Source: an uncultured Alphaproteobacteria bacterium
GTDB lineage: Bacteria; Pseudomonadota; Alphaproteobacteria; Rhizobiales; Aestuariivirgaceae
Reading direction: 5' to 3'
DNA: 64,000 nucleotides
Assembly: GCA_963700895.1 (NCBI GenBank)
Contig: CAVOZI010000010.1
Span: 4,113-68,112, forward strand
In this document: positions 10,468 to 20,014 of the stretch, in pieces
Numbering within the stretch: the first letter of the stretch is position 1
Layout: the number at the start of each line of letters is the position of its first letter
Notes under the pieces: generated by a model
Database searches by the model: none
Told to the model about the DNA's origin: nothing
What the model saw: only the letters and a program-made list of their open reading frames with translations
Program-made: the position numbers and the translations under genes

Positions 10468-12066
10468 ATGAATGATGGCGGCGTGAGTGTGGGCGAGGCC
10501 CTTGTGGGCCTGCTCGAGGCGTATGGTGTCGACACGGTGTTCGGCATTCCCGGTGTGCATAATGTGGAGATGTACCGGGCGCTGCCGCGTTCGCGGATCA
10601 CCCACATCCTGCCCCGTCACGAACAGGGCGCCGGCTTCATGGCCGACGGCTATGCCCGCGCAACCGGCAAGCCTAGCGTATGCTTCACCATTACCGGGCC
10701 GGGCCTGACCAACATTCTGACCCCGATGGGCCAGGCCTGGTCGGATTCCGTGCCGATGCTGGTGATTTCCTCGACGCTCGACGTGAAGGACACCGGCCAG
10801 GGCCGTGGCCGGCTGCACGAGATGATCTCGCAGCGCGATGCGGCCGCCTCCTGTGCGGCGCTTGCCGCTACCTGCTATACGGCCCGCGACGTGCAGGACC
10901 GGATTGCCGAGGCGTTCGCGCTGTTCGCTTCCGCCCGGCCCCGGCCTGCCTATATCGAGATTCCGCTCGATGTCCTGAAGTACCCGGCCGGCGACGGCTG
11001 GACAGCCCGCACCCTGCCCGGCCGGCCCAAGGCAAGTGCCGATTCCGTCGATGAAGCAGCCTGCCGGCTGGCATATGCCCGCAAGCCGGTGATCATCCTG
11101 GGTGGCGGGGCCCGCCACGCCGGCGCGGCCGCAGCCGAGATTGCCGAACATACCGGTGCGGTGATCTTCACCACCATTGCGGCAAAAGGCGCGATACCCG
11201 ACGGTCATCCGCTGCTGGCGGGGGCCCTTTTGCCAAACCCGAAAGCCATGCAGTTCATCAACGAGGCTGACGAAGTGCTGGTGGCTGGCAGCGAACTGTC
11301 CGAAACCGATCTCTGGGATCAGCAGTTTGCCCTGAAGGGCCGCCTGATCCGCATTGATATCGATCCCGCCTCGTTGGCGCGCCCCTTTCCGGCGGACCTG
11401 CCAATCCTTGCCGATGCCGATTGCGCCCTGCCGGCAATCGCCTCGCGTTTTCATGACAAGTGCGACAGGACCGGCGTTGCCGCCACCGTAGCCGCCCTTC
11501 GCAGCGCCTGCGCCGAGAACGCAGACGGCATGCGCCGCACCATTACAACTGTGCTGCAAACGGTCCGCGCCGCCTTGCCGGATAATGCCATCATCGCCTC
11601 CGACATGACCCAGATTGCCTATGCCGCCAATGAAGTCCTGCCGATGGCCCAACCGGCCTGCTATCTGCATCCGGTAGGCTTTGGCACGCTGGGCTATGCC
11701 CTGCCGGCCGCAATCGGGGCGCGTGCCGGCGTACAAGACCAGCCGGTCGTGGCCATGGCCGGCGACTATGGCTTCCAGTACACCTGCAACGAACTGGGCA
11801 CCGCCGCGGAAATGGGTCAGCCGCTGCTGGTCCTGCTGTGGAACAACGATGCGCTCGGCCAGATTCGCGACGACATGGTGAACAAGGGCATTCAGCCCAA
11901 CGCCGTGACGCTGAAGAACCCCAATTTCGCCGCCCTGGCGCGGTCCTATGGCTGCGATGCCATGCAGCCCCAGTCGCTTGCTGAGCTTGCCACGGCAATT
12001 GGCTCCGCGCTGAAGTCGAAAGGTCCGGTACTGATCGAAATCCGGCCCTCCATCGTGAAGGGCTGA
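10468..12066 (+). CDS. ThDP-dependent decarboxylase, 5-guanidino-2-oxopentanoate decarboxylase (AruI)-like
   Basis: FGIPGVHNVE, PRHEQGAGFMADGYAR, GFGTLGYALP, GDYGF...WNN. Confidence 0.82.
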   Translation: MNDGGVSVGEALVGLLEAYGVDTVFGIPGVHNVEMYRALPRSRITHILPRHEQGAGFMADGYARATGKPSVCFTITGPGLTNILTPMGQAWSDSVPMLVISSTLDVKDTGQGRGRLHEMISQRDAAASCAALAATCYTARDVQDRIAEAFALFASARPRPAYIEIPLDVLKYPAGDGWTARTLPGRPKASADSVDEAACRLAYARKPVIILGGGARHAGAAAAEIAEHTGAVIFTTIAAKGAIPDGHPLLAGALLPNPKAMQFINEADEVLVAGSELSETDLWDQQFALKGRLIRIDIDPASLARPFPADLPILADADCALPAIASRFHDKCDRTGVAATVAALRSACAENADGMRRTITTVLQTVRAALPDNAIIASDMTQIAYAANEVLPMAQPACYLHPVGFGTLGYALPAAIGARAGVQDQPVVAMAGDYGFQYTCNELGTAAEMGQPLLVLLWNNDALGQIRDDMVNKGIQPNAVTLKNPNFAALARSYGCDAMQPQSLAELATAIGSALKSKGPVLIEIRPSIVKG

Positions 12067-12073
12067 ACAGGCA

Positions 12074-12769
12074 ATGACCGCGCACCGGTATGCGGTGGTG
12101 TTCGATGTGGATGGCCCCCTGCTGGACCTGACGGCACCGGAGGAAGATGCCTTCTTCGAGTCGTTCCGGCTGTTGCACGGTATCGACGGGCTGTCGCGCG
12201 ACTGGGACAGCTACCGGGTGCGCAATGACCGCGAGATTATCCACGAGATCCTCGAGAACCACCTGGGCGCCGGGTTTGCCGCGCATCACTATGACGAGGT
12301 GCTGTCGGCCTATGACCGCATCCTCACCGGCGGCTTCGCCTCTGGCGCACTCACGGTGACCCCAATCCCCGGCGCAGGCGACCTGCTGCGAACATTGAGC
12401 GGCATCAACGGGTTGGCGCTTGGCACCGCCACTGCCAACATCCGCCGGGCGGCTGAAATCCGGTTGCGCGAGGCAGGCTTCTGGGACCATGTCAGCCGCT
12501 ACCCTGGTGCTGCCGACGAAGGCGGTTACAAGCACGAGGTGCTGGCGCGGGTGATCGCAGACATGGATCTGCCGCCGGAACGCGTGGTGTATATCGGCGA
12601 CAACCTGAACGACCTTGAAGCCGGCCGGGTCAACGGCACCCACTTCATCGGCTTCCACCTTGCCGAACCCAGGCGCCAGCGGCTGCAGGACCATGGCGCA
12701 GAAACTGTCACCGGCGATCACGGCGAGACGCTTGCCTTGATCCGGGATATGCTCAATATCGCACCATGA
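12074..12769 (+). CDS. HAD-superfamily hydrolase
   Basis: VVFDVDG, ATAN, YIGDNLND. Confidence 0.85.
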   Translation: MTAHRYAVVFDVDGPLLDLTAPEEDAFFESFRLLHGIDGLSRDWDSYRVRNDREIIHEILENHLGAGFAAHHYDEVLSAYDRILTGGFASGALTVTPIPGAGDLLRTLSGINGLALGTATANIRRAAEIRLREAGFWDHVSRYPGAADEGGYKHEVLARVIADMDLPPERVVYIGDNLNDLEAGRVNGTHFIGFHLAEPRRQRLQDHGAETVTGDHGETLALIRDMLNIAP

Positions 12770-14046
12770 ATGATGCCGGGATCGAGCTGAACGAGGACTG
12801 CAGGTCCATGCTGGCGGGCGGCAAAGGCCCGGCCACTCGCTTCGCCATGGAACTTGTGCTGCGCGCGGCTCACATCACCGGTGCAACCCGTCTGGTGCCG
12901 GTCACCTTCGCCCACATCGATGCCTGCTTCTATGCGGGTCAGGCCCATGTTGACTTCGCCCGTTTCATGCTGGACGGCGGTGCCAGGTTCGCAGTGCCTG
13001 CCTGGACCAACAACGGGTTGGTGAGCCTCGTCAACACCGAGGCGCGCGATCCGGAGACGGAAATGGCGCGCGGCGCGCGCGAGCTGATGCGGCTTTATTC
13101 AGAACTCGGCTGCAAGACCGTATGGACCTGCGCACCCTACCAGCTGCCCGGCCGGCCAAGGCTGGGAGATCATATCGTGGTGGGCGAGTCCAATGCGGTG
13201 AGCTTCTACAATGCCGTGGTGGGCGCGCGCACCAACAAGTACGGCGACTATCTCGACGTGGCGTGCGCTGTCACCGGCTATGCACCCTTCTACGGCCTGC
13301 ACACCGATGCGGGCCGCCAGGCGACAATCCTGTTCGACACCGGCGCCATCCCGGATGAGTTGAAGCAGCAGGATATATACTTTCACCTGCTCGGCACGGT
13401 CATCGGCCAGCGCGCGGGTCACGCGGTACCGGCTATCGATCACCTCGACCCCGGTACTGGCGAAGACGCGCTCAAGGCCATTTCCGCGGCAGCAGCCGCC
13501 GCCGGCGGCGTGGAACACTGGCACGGCATTGGCCGAACGCCGGAAGCGCCGGATCTGCAAACAGCTTTTGGCAGATCACAACCAGAGCGAGTCGAAACCG
13601 TTTGTTTGCATGACCTGGCAGGCGCCCGGCGGCAGCTGACCTCCTCCATCGACGGCCCTGTGGCAATGGTGGCGCTTGGCACTCCTCACTTCTCGTTCAC
13701 CGAGTTCGCCGCCCTGACCCCGATGATTGCCGGCCGGAAGGTTAGAAATGGCGTGAAACTAAGCATTTCCACCAGCCGCCATGTCCGCGACCTGGCTGTT
13801 GAAAAGGGCTGGATAGCGGATCTCGAAGCCGCCGGCGCCGAGATCATGGTGGACACCTGCAGCTACTTCTCTCCCGCCATCCGAGGTTGCAAGGGCCGGG
13901 TCATGACCAACGCCGCGAAGTGGGCCTGGTATGCGCCTGGACAGTTGGGAGTAGAAGTATGTTTCGGGTCGCTACTTGAATGTGCGGAGACGGCAATACG
14001 CGGTGACGTCTGGCGTGATCCGCAGCTCTGGCAGGGTCTGGATTGA
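12766..14046 (+). CDS. Aconitase X catalytic (large) subunit, DUF521
   Basis: AHIDAC, TCAPY, ESNAV, GARTN, LGTPHFS, VDTC, MTNAAK. Confidence 0.88.
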   Translation: MNDAGIELNEDCRSMLAGGKGPATRFAMELVLRAAHITGATRLVPVTFAHIDACFYAGQAHVDFARFMLDGGARFAVPAWTNNGLVSLVNTEARDPETEMARGARELMRLYSELGCKTVWTCAPYQLPGRPRLGDHIVVGESNAVSFYNAVVGARTNKYGDYLDVACAVTGYAPFYGLHTDAGRQATILFDTGAIPDELKQQDIYFHLLGTVIGQRAGHAVPAIDHLDPGTGEDALKAISAAAAAAGGVEHWHGIGRTPEAPDLQTAFGRSQPERVETVCLHDLAGARRQLTSSIDGPVAMVALGTPHFSFTEFAALTPMIAGRKVRNGVKLSISTSRHVRDLAVEKGWIADLEAAGAEIMVDTCSYFSPAIRGCKGRVMTNAAKWAWYAPGQLGVEVCFGSLLECAETAIRGDVWRDPQLWQGLD

Positions 14047-14459
14047 TGCAAGTTCAGGCCCGTACACTGTTTGACGGCAAAGCTGAAGCCGAGGTGATGC
14101 ACCTGGATGCTCCGTTGAGTTTCTGGGGTGGTTTCGACCCGCTGACCGGCATCATCCTCGACAACAATCACCCGCAGAAGGGGCAAAGCCTGAAGGGCAA
14201 GGTGCTGGTGATGCCCGCGACGCGCGGCTCCGGCGGCACACCCGGCGGGGTGGCCGAGGCCATCCGCAACGGCTCCGGACCCGTGGCGGTCATCATGGGG
14301 GAGGGCGATGTGAACGTCATGGTGGGCGCCGCCGTTGCGCAACAGCTCTACGGGCTGACCTGCCCGATCCTCGAGGTGGCCGAGGCCGACTATGAGACGG
14401 TCGCGTCGGCCCGGCGCTTGCGCATTCTCGGGGGCGGCATCATCCAGGTTGCGGGTTAG
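14043..14459 (+). CDS. Aconitase X swivel (small) subunit, DUF126
   Basis: LSFWGGFDP.TG.I...HPQKGQSL.GKVLVMP..RGS. Confidence 0.88.
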   Translation: MMQVQARTLFDGKAEAEVMHLDAPLSFWGGFDPLTGIILDNNHPQKGQSLKGKVLVMPATRGSGGTPGGVAEAIRNGSGPVAVIMGEGDVNVMVGAAVAQQLYGLTCPILEVAEADYETVASARRLRILGGGIIQVAG

Positions 14460-16003
14460 GCCTGCCAGTCTTTCAGCTCTTCCTTGCGCTGCGCCATGAA
14501 CGCCTTGAGAGCGTCATCCACCGCCTCGTCCATCGGTGGGGCTTCATAAGCTTCAAGCATCTGTTTCCACACGCGATTTGCCCGTTCCGTGGCAGTTCTG
14601 GCGCCATCCTCATGCCAGCTTTCATAATTGCGCCAGTCCGAGATCATCGGCTGGTAGAACGCCGTCTCAAAGCGCTCCAGCGTATGGCCGGTGCCGAAGA
14701 AATGCCCGCCCGGCTCCACGCTCTTGATGGCATCCACCGCCAGCGCTTCGTCGCTGACATCAAAGGGTTTCAGGCTGGCCGCCCACTGCCGGATCATCTC
14801 CGCATCGACCACGGTCTTTTCCAGCGAGGCGGACAATCCGCCCTCCAGCCAGCCAAGGCCATGATGCACGACGTTGACATGCCCCATCACGCAGGCCCAC
14901 AGCGACATGGCCGTTTCATAGGTTGATTGCGCGTCGACACAATTGGACGCGTTCACATTGGACGACCGGTACGGCAGCCTGAAATGCCGTGCCAGCTGGC
15001 CGCCGATCAGCACTGCCTGCACATATTCCGGCGTGCCGAAGGCGGGCGCGCCAGACTTCATGTCGACATTGGAGGTAAACCCGCCGAACAGCACGGGCGC
15101 GCCCGGATTGGCCATCTGCGCCAGCGCGATCACGCCCAGCGCCTCTGCGGTCTGCTGCACCAGCGCGCCAGCCACCGTTACCGGGCTCATCGCGCCTGCC
15201 AGCGTGAACGGGGTTATGGCGACCGCCTGGCCATATTCGCCGAAGCACAGCAGGCCATCGAGCAGTTCCTCGTCCACCCGGCGTGGGCTGTTGACGTTGA
15301 ACGAGGTCACCAGCGAGCACTGGGTCTTCAGTTGGTCAAGGCTCACGCCACGGGCAATCGCCGCCATTTCGATGGCATCCATCGCCCTGAACCGCGACAC
15401 CGAGCGCACGAAGGCTGCCCGGTCCGTGTAGCGCAGGATCGCATAGGCATTGTCGAGGTGCCGGGTCGGCACCGGCAGGTCCATCGGCTCGACGATGGAA
15501 CCGCCCATCATGTGCGCCACGCCCAGCGAATGGTTGAGTTTCACCAGGTTGACGAGGTCCTGGTAACTGCCGGAGCGGCGGCCCTTGTCGATGTCGTTGA
15601 TGTTGGGTGGCGAGCCCACCGTGTTGAAGTTGACCGTACTGCCGCCGATCACGGTGTTTCGCGCCGGATTGCGTGCGTGCAGGTCATAGCGCTCCGGCGC
15701 CAGCGCCACGAAATGCTCCACCGTTTCCCGGTCCATGCGCACCATGCAGGTAGCCCGGTCCACCTTGCAACCGTTGGCGGCATAGATGTCGAGGCTGCGA
15801 TCCGACAGGATTTCGAGCCCTGCCTCTTCCAGCACCCGGTAGGCGGCTTCGACGATGCGCATCAGCTGGTCCTGATCGATCAGCTCCAGCGGCGGCAGCG
15901 GATTGACAAGCGGCGGCAATACTTGCGGCAGGCCTGTTCCGCCACGGCCGTCGCGGGCATGTCCGCCCCTGCCCCGGCGTCTGGGGCCCTCACGGCCTGT
16001 CAT
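14456..16003 (-). CDS. Trimethylamine methyltransferase (MttB) superfamily, non-pyrrolysine
   Basis: NVNSPR, TPFTLAGAMSPVT, FTSNVDMKSGAPAFGTPE, GWLEGGL; no in-frame amber codon. Confidence 0.9.
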   Translation of the reverse strand: MTGREGPRRRGRGGHARDGRGGTGLPQVLPPLVNPLPPLELIDQDQLMRIVEAAYRVLEEAGLEILSDRSLDIYAANGCKVDRATCMVRMDRETVEHFVALAPERYDLHARNPARNTVIGGSTVNFNTVGSPPNINDIDKGRRSGSYQDLVNLVKLNHSLGVAHMMGGSIVEPMDLPVPTRHLDNAYAILRYTDRAAFVRSVSRFRAMDAIEMAAIARGVSLDQLKTQCSLVTSFNVNSPRRVDEELLDGLLCFGEYGQAVAITPFTLAGAMSPVTVAGALVQQTAEALGVIALAQMANPGAPVLFGGFTSNVDMKSGAPAFGTPEYVQAVLIGGQLARHFRLPYRSSNVNASNCVDAQSTYETAMSLWACVMGHVNVVHHGLGWLEGGLSASLEKTVVDAEMIRQWAASLKPFDVSDEALAVDAIKSVEPGGHFFGTGHTLERFETAFYQPMISDWRNYESWHEDGARTATERANRVWKQMLEAYEAPPMDEAVDDALKAFMAQRKEELKDWQA

Positions 16004-16185
16004 GACTTCGCTCCCGGCGTGTTTCCTGTCGCCAAGCTAGGCGCATGCCAGCCGCAACACATGACAGATAGGGACAGCAACTTGGCCGCACGCGACAAAC
16101 ATTGACATTGGCCCTTATCCGCGCTGAAAGCACCAGCAACAGTGACCGCAACGCGCCGGCGTTCCGGCAAGGCACACGAAACGAC

Positions 16186-17097
16186 ATGACCAGCCCGACC
16201 AAGCTTACCCACCTGCGCCAGCTCGAAGCCGAGAGCATCCACATCATGCGCGAGGTTGCCGCCCAGTGCGAGCGCCCGGTGATGCTGTATTCCATCGGCA
16301 AGGACTCCGCCGTCATGCTGCACCTGGCCATGAAGGCATTTTACCCGGCCAAGCCGCCGTTCCCGCTGCTGCACGTGGACACCACCTGGAAGTTCCGCGC
16401 CATGATCGAGTTCCGCGACCGGCTGGCGAAGGAACTTGGCTTCGACCTGCTGGTGCACACCAACCAGGAAGGCCTGAAGGCTGGCGTCAATCCGTTCTCG
16501 GTGGGCTCTGCGCGCCACACCGACATCATGAAGACCGAGGCGCTGAAGCAGGCCCTCGACATGTATGGCTTCGACGCGGCCTTCGGCGGTGCGCGCCGCG
16601 ACGAGGAGAAGTCGCGCGCCAAGGAGCGCATCTTCTCGTTCCGCAATGCCCAGCACCGCTGGGACCCGAAGAACCAGCGCCCGGAGCTGTGGCGCACCTA
16701 CAACACCCGCATCAACAAGGGTGAATCGATGCGCGTGTTCCCGCTGTCCAACTGGACCGAGCTCGACATCTGGCAGTACATCCGCGATGAGAACATCCCC
16801 ATCGTGCCGCTCTACTTCGCCGCCGAACGCCCCGTGGTGCACCGCGGCAATGACCTGATCATGGTGGACGATGACCGCATGCCGCTGCAGCCCGGCGAGA
16901 AACCGGAAATGAAGATGGTGCGCTTCCGCACGCTCGGTTGCTATCCGCTCACCGGCGCCACGGAAAGCTCGGCCGATACGCTGGAAGCAATCATCGCCGA
17001 GATGCTGGTCACCACCACCTCCGAGCGCGCGGGCCGGGTCATCGACCACGACCAGTCAGCCTCCATGGAGAAGAAGAAGCAGGAGGGCTATTTCTGA
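16186..17097 (+). CDS. cysD: Sulfate adenylyltransferase subunit 2
   Basis: [39 protein letters not shown]. Confidence 0.96.
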   Translation: MTSPTKLTHLRQLEAESIHIMREVAAQCERPVMLYSIGKDSAVMLHLAMKAFYPAKPPFPLLHVDTTWKFRAMIEFRDRLAKELGFDLLVHTNQEGLKAGVNPFSVGSARHTDIMKTEALKQALDMYGFDAAFGGARRDEEKSRAKERIFSFRNAQHRWDPKNQRPELWRTYNTRINKGESMRVFPLSNWTELDIWQYIRDENIPIVPLYFAAERPVVHRGNDLIMVDDDRMPLQPGEKPEMKMVRFRTLGCYPLTGATESSADTLEAIIAEMLVTTTSERAGRVIDHDQSASMEKKKQEGYF

Positions 17098-18998
17098 TGC
17101 GTCCGCTCGACCTGACCGCCGACAACATTGCCGACTACCTTGCCGAGCAGTCGGCCAAGGACATGCTGCGCTTCATCACCTGCGGTTCGGTGGACGACGG
17201 CAAGTCCACGCTGATCGGCCGGCTGTTGTTCGAATCCAAGCTGATCTTCGACGATCAGCTGGCCGCGCTTGAAGCCGATTCGAAGCGCATGGGCACGCAA
17301 GGCCAGAACATCGACTTCGCCCTGCTGGTCGACGGCCTCGCGGCCGAGCGCGAACAGGGCATCACCATCGATGTCGCCTACCGCGCCTTCACCACGCCGA
17401 AGCGCAAGTTCATCGTCGCCGACACGCCGGGCCATGAGCAATACACCCGCAACATGGCCACCGGCGCCTCCACGGCAGACCTCGCCGTACTGCTGGTGGA
17501 TGCCTCCAAGGGTATCCTCACCCAGACCCGTCGCCACGCCTACATCACCACCCTGCTCGGCATCCGCCACCTTGTGCTGGCGGTGAACAAGATGGACCTC
17601 GTCAATTTCGACCAGGCCACCTTCGAGAAGATCGAGCAGGACTTCCACGTCTTCGCCGAGGAGATCGGCGCAGGCGAGGTTACCTGCGTCCCCATGTCGG
17701 CACTGGGCGGCTGCAACGTCACCGAGCGCGGTGCAGAGACGCCCTGGTACTCAGGCCCCACGCTGCTTGAGCACCTCGAAACCATCGACATCACGTCAGC
17801 CGAAACGGACAAGCCCGCCCGCATGCCGGTGCAGTGGGTATGCCGCCCAGACCACACCTTCCGTGGCTTTGCCGGAGTCATGACGGCAGGCATGCTGCAG
17901 CCGGGAGACCCGGTGAAGATCCTGCCATCAGGCCGGGAGAGCCAGGTTAAGCGCATCGTCACCATGGATGGCGACCTCGACGCGGCGATGGCCGGCCAGT
18001 CGGTCATGCTGACGCTGGAGCACGAGATCGACGCCAGCCGCGGCAGCGTCATCTGCGCCGCCGATGCGCCGGTGCAGGTTGCCGACCAGTTCGAGGTTCA
18101 GGTCCTGTGGATGGGCGACGAGGAAATGCTGCCCGGCCGGCCGTACCTGATCAAGCTTGGCACCCGCACCGTGCCCGGCAAGCTGGCCACGCCGAAGTAC
18201 GAAGTCAACGTCAACACGCTCGAGCACACCTCCGCGCGCACCCTCGCCCTGAACGAAATCGGCGTCTGCAACCTGTCGCTCGACGAGCAGGTGCCGTTTG
18301 CCCCTTACGAGGAAGACCGCGATCTGGGCGGCTTCATCATCATCGACCGGTTCACCAACAACACCGTGGGCCTTGGCCTCATTCACTTTGCGCTGCGCCG
18401 CGCCAGCAACATTCACTGGCAGGCGCTGGACGTGAACAAGCAGACCCGCGCAGCCACCAAGAGCCAGAAGCCCACCGTACTCTGGTTCACCGGCCTGTCG
18501 GGTTCGGGCAAGTCCACCGTCGCCAACATCGTCGAGAAGCGGCTCACCGCCATGGGCCACCACACCTACCTGCTCGACGGCGACAATGTCCGCCATGGCC
18601 TCAACCGCGACCTCGGCTTCACCGACGCCGACCGGGTGGAGAACATCCGGCGCGTGTCGGAAGTGGCGAAGCTGATGGCGGATGCCGGCCTGATCGTGCT
18701 GGTGTCGTTCATCTCGCCGTTCCGCTCCGAGCGCCGCATGGCGCGCGAAATGCTGGAGGCCGGCGAGTTCGTCGAGATTCACGTCGATACGCCGCTGGAA
18801 GTGTGCGAGGCGCGCGACGTGAAAGGCCTCTACGCCAAGGCGCGCGCCGGCCAGATCAAGAACTTCACCGGCATCGACTCGGACTACGAAGCACCGGAGA
18901 ACGCCGAGATCCGCATCGATACCAGCGAGAAGACGCCCGACGTTACCGCCGGCGAGATCGTCGAATACCTCGAGAACGCAGGAAGGCTGAAACCCTGA
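17097..18998 (+). CDS. cysNC: Bifunctional sulfate adenylyltransferase subunit 1 / APS kinase (CysNC, NodQ-like)
   Basis: [14 protein letters not shown] GTPase plus C-terminal [22 protein letters not shown]; start overlaps cysD stop (TGATG). Confidence 0.95.
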   Translation: MRPLDLTADNIADYLAEQSAKDMLRFITCGSVDDGKSTLIGRLLFESKLIFDDQLAALEADSKRMGTQGQNIDFALLVDGLAAEREQGITIDVAYRAFTTPKRKFIVADTPGHEQYTRNMATGASTADLAVLLVDASKGILTQTRRHAYITTLLGIRHLVLAVNKMDLVNFDQATFEKIEQDFHVFAEEIGAGEVTCVPMSALGGCNVTERGAETPWYSGPTLLEHLETIDITSAETDKPARMPVQWVCRPDHTFRGFAGVMTAGMLQPGDPVKILPSGRESQVKRIVTMDGDLDAAMAGQSVMLTLEHEIDASRGSVICAADAPVQVADQFEVQVLWMGDEEMLPGRPYLIKLGTRTVPGKLATPKYEVNVNTLEHTSARTLALNEIGVCNLSLDEQVPFAPYEEDRDLGGFIIIDRFTNNTVGLGLIHFALRRASNIHWQALDVNKQTRAATKSQKPTVLWFTGLSGSGKSTVANIVEKRLTAMGHHTYLLDGDNVRHGLNRDLGFTDADRVENIRRVSEVAKLMADAGLIVLVSFISPFRSERRMAREMLEAGEFVEIHVDTPLEVCEARDVKGLYAKARAGQIKNFTGIDSDYEAPENAEIRIDTSEKTPDVTAGEIVEYLENAGRLKP

Positions 18999-20014
18999 TG
19001 AGCGAACCCCGTGATCCCGTGATGCTGACCTGGCTGAACGGCCCGGATGTCGATGCCCTCGACATGACAAACGACGAGATACTGGCAGCGGTCGAGGAAG
19101 GCCTCAAGGCGCAAGGCACCCCCGGCGGCGCGGTCATCGAACCGCGCATGCACCTGACGCCGGACCCTGCCTTCAACGGTCACTTCAACGTACTGCGTGG
19201 CTATGTTGCGCCGATGGGGCTGGCGGGCGTGAAGATCGTCGGCGATTATGTCGACAACTACAAGCGCGGCTTGCCGTCGGAGATGGCGCTGCTCAACCTT
19301 TTCGATCCGCAAACCGGCATGCCGAAGGCGATCCTCGACGCCACCTTCATCACCGATGCCCGCACCGGCGCGCTAACCGCGCTGGGCGCCCGTCACCTCG
19401 CCCGCAAGAACTCGAAGGTGCTGGGCCACGTGGGTGCGCGCGGTACCGCCTACTGGAACGTCCGCCTGCTCGATCACCTGTTCGATTTTGACGAGATCAG
19501 GGTGCACTCCCGCCGCCCCGAAAGCCGCGATGCCTTTGCCGCAAAGCTTGCAGCCGACCTCGGCAAGAAGATCACCGTGACGGACAACTGGCGCGACTGC
19601 CTGGAAGGCGCCGACATCATGGTGGAAGCCTCACGGATCAATGAACGCCAGGAATTGTTCAACGCGGATTGGGTGACGCCCGGGACCTGCGTCATACCCT
19701 ACGGCACCGTATCGGCGCTCGACATCCGGATGACCGGCATCATGGACAAGATCGTCATCGACGACTTCAGCCAGTTCCGCGCCGGCAAGCTGGGCGCACT
19801 GCGCCCTCACATCGATGCAGGCCTCGTCAGCGAGGATACCGTGCACGGCGAATTGTGCGAGATCGTTACGGGCGCGAAACAGGGCCGAGAACGCGACGAC
19901 GAGACAATCCTGTTCTGGCACCGCGGCCTGTCGCTGTCCGACATCGCACTGGGCGCGGCCATGCTGGAGAAGGCAGGCCGGCTGGGCATCGGCCAGCAGC
20001 TTCGCTACCGGTAA
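18998..20014 (+). CDS. Ornithine cyclodeaminase / mu-crystallin family protein
   Basis: GVKIVGDYVDN, ITDARTGA, GHVGARGTA, HRGLSLSD; ATG overlaps cysNC stop. Confidence 0.88.
   Translation: MSEPRDPVMLTWLNGPDVDALDMTNDEILAAVEEGLKAQGTPGGAVIEPRMHLTPDPAFNGHFNVLRGYVAPMGLAGVKIVGDYVDNYKRGLPSEMALLNLFDPQTGMPKAILDATFITDARTGALTALGARHLARKNSKVLGHVGARGTAYWNVRLLDHLFDFDEIRVHSRRPESRDAFAAKLAADLGKKITVTDNWRDCLEGADIMVEASRINERQELFNADWVTPGTCVIPYGTVSALDIRMTGIMDKIVIDDFSQFRAGKLGALRPHIDAGLVSEDTVHGELCEIVTGAKQGRERDDETILFWHRGLSLSDIALGAAMLEKAGRLGIGQQLRYR

Noticed and set aside
9232-11736. 834-aa minus-strand ORF, and similar long antisense ORFs (7980-9551, 23941-25551, 28921-30654, 44915-46918, 47348-49834)
   Set aside because: Shadows of well-supported genes on the opposite strand in high-GC DNA; no recognisable motifs
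12766-14459. Aconitase X as archaeal-type phosphomevalonate dehydratase, given nearby ispA/ispG
   Set aside because: ispG indicates the MEP pathway, no mevalonate genes are present, and the operon context is amino-acid catabolism
14456-16003. Pyrrolysine recoding in MttB
   Set aside because: The ORF is continuous with no in-frame TAG, and no pyl genes are present
18107-18997. Apparent 635-aa ORF extending the OCD gene upstream
   Set aside because: The upstream part overlaps cysNC out of frame and is low-complexity Arg/Pro; the real start is ATG 18998
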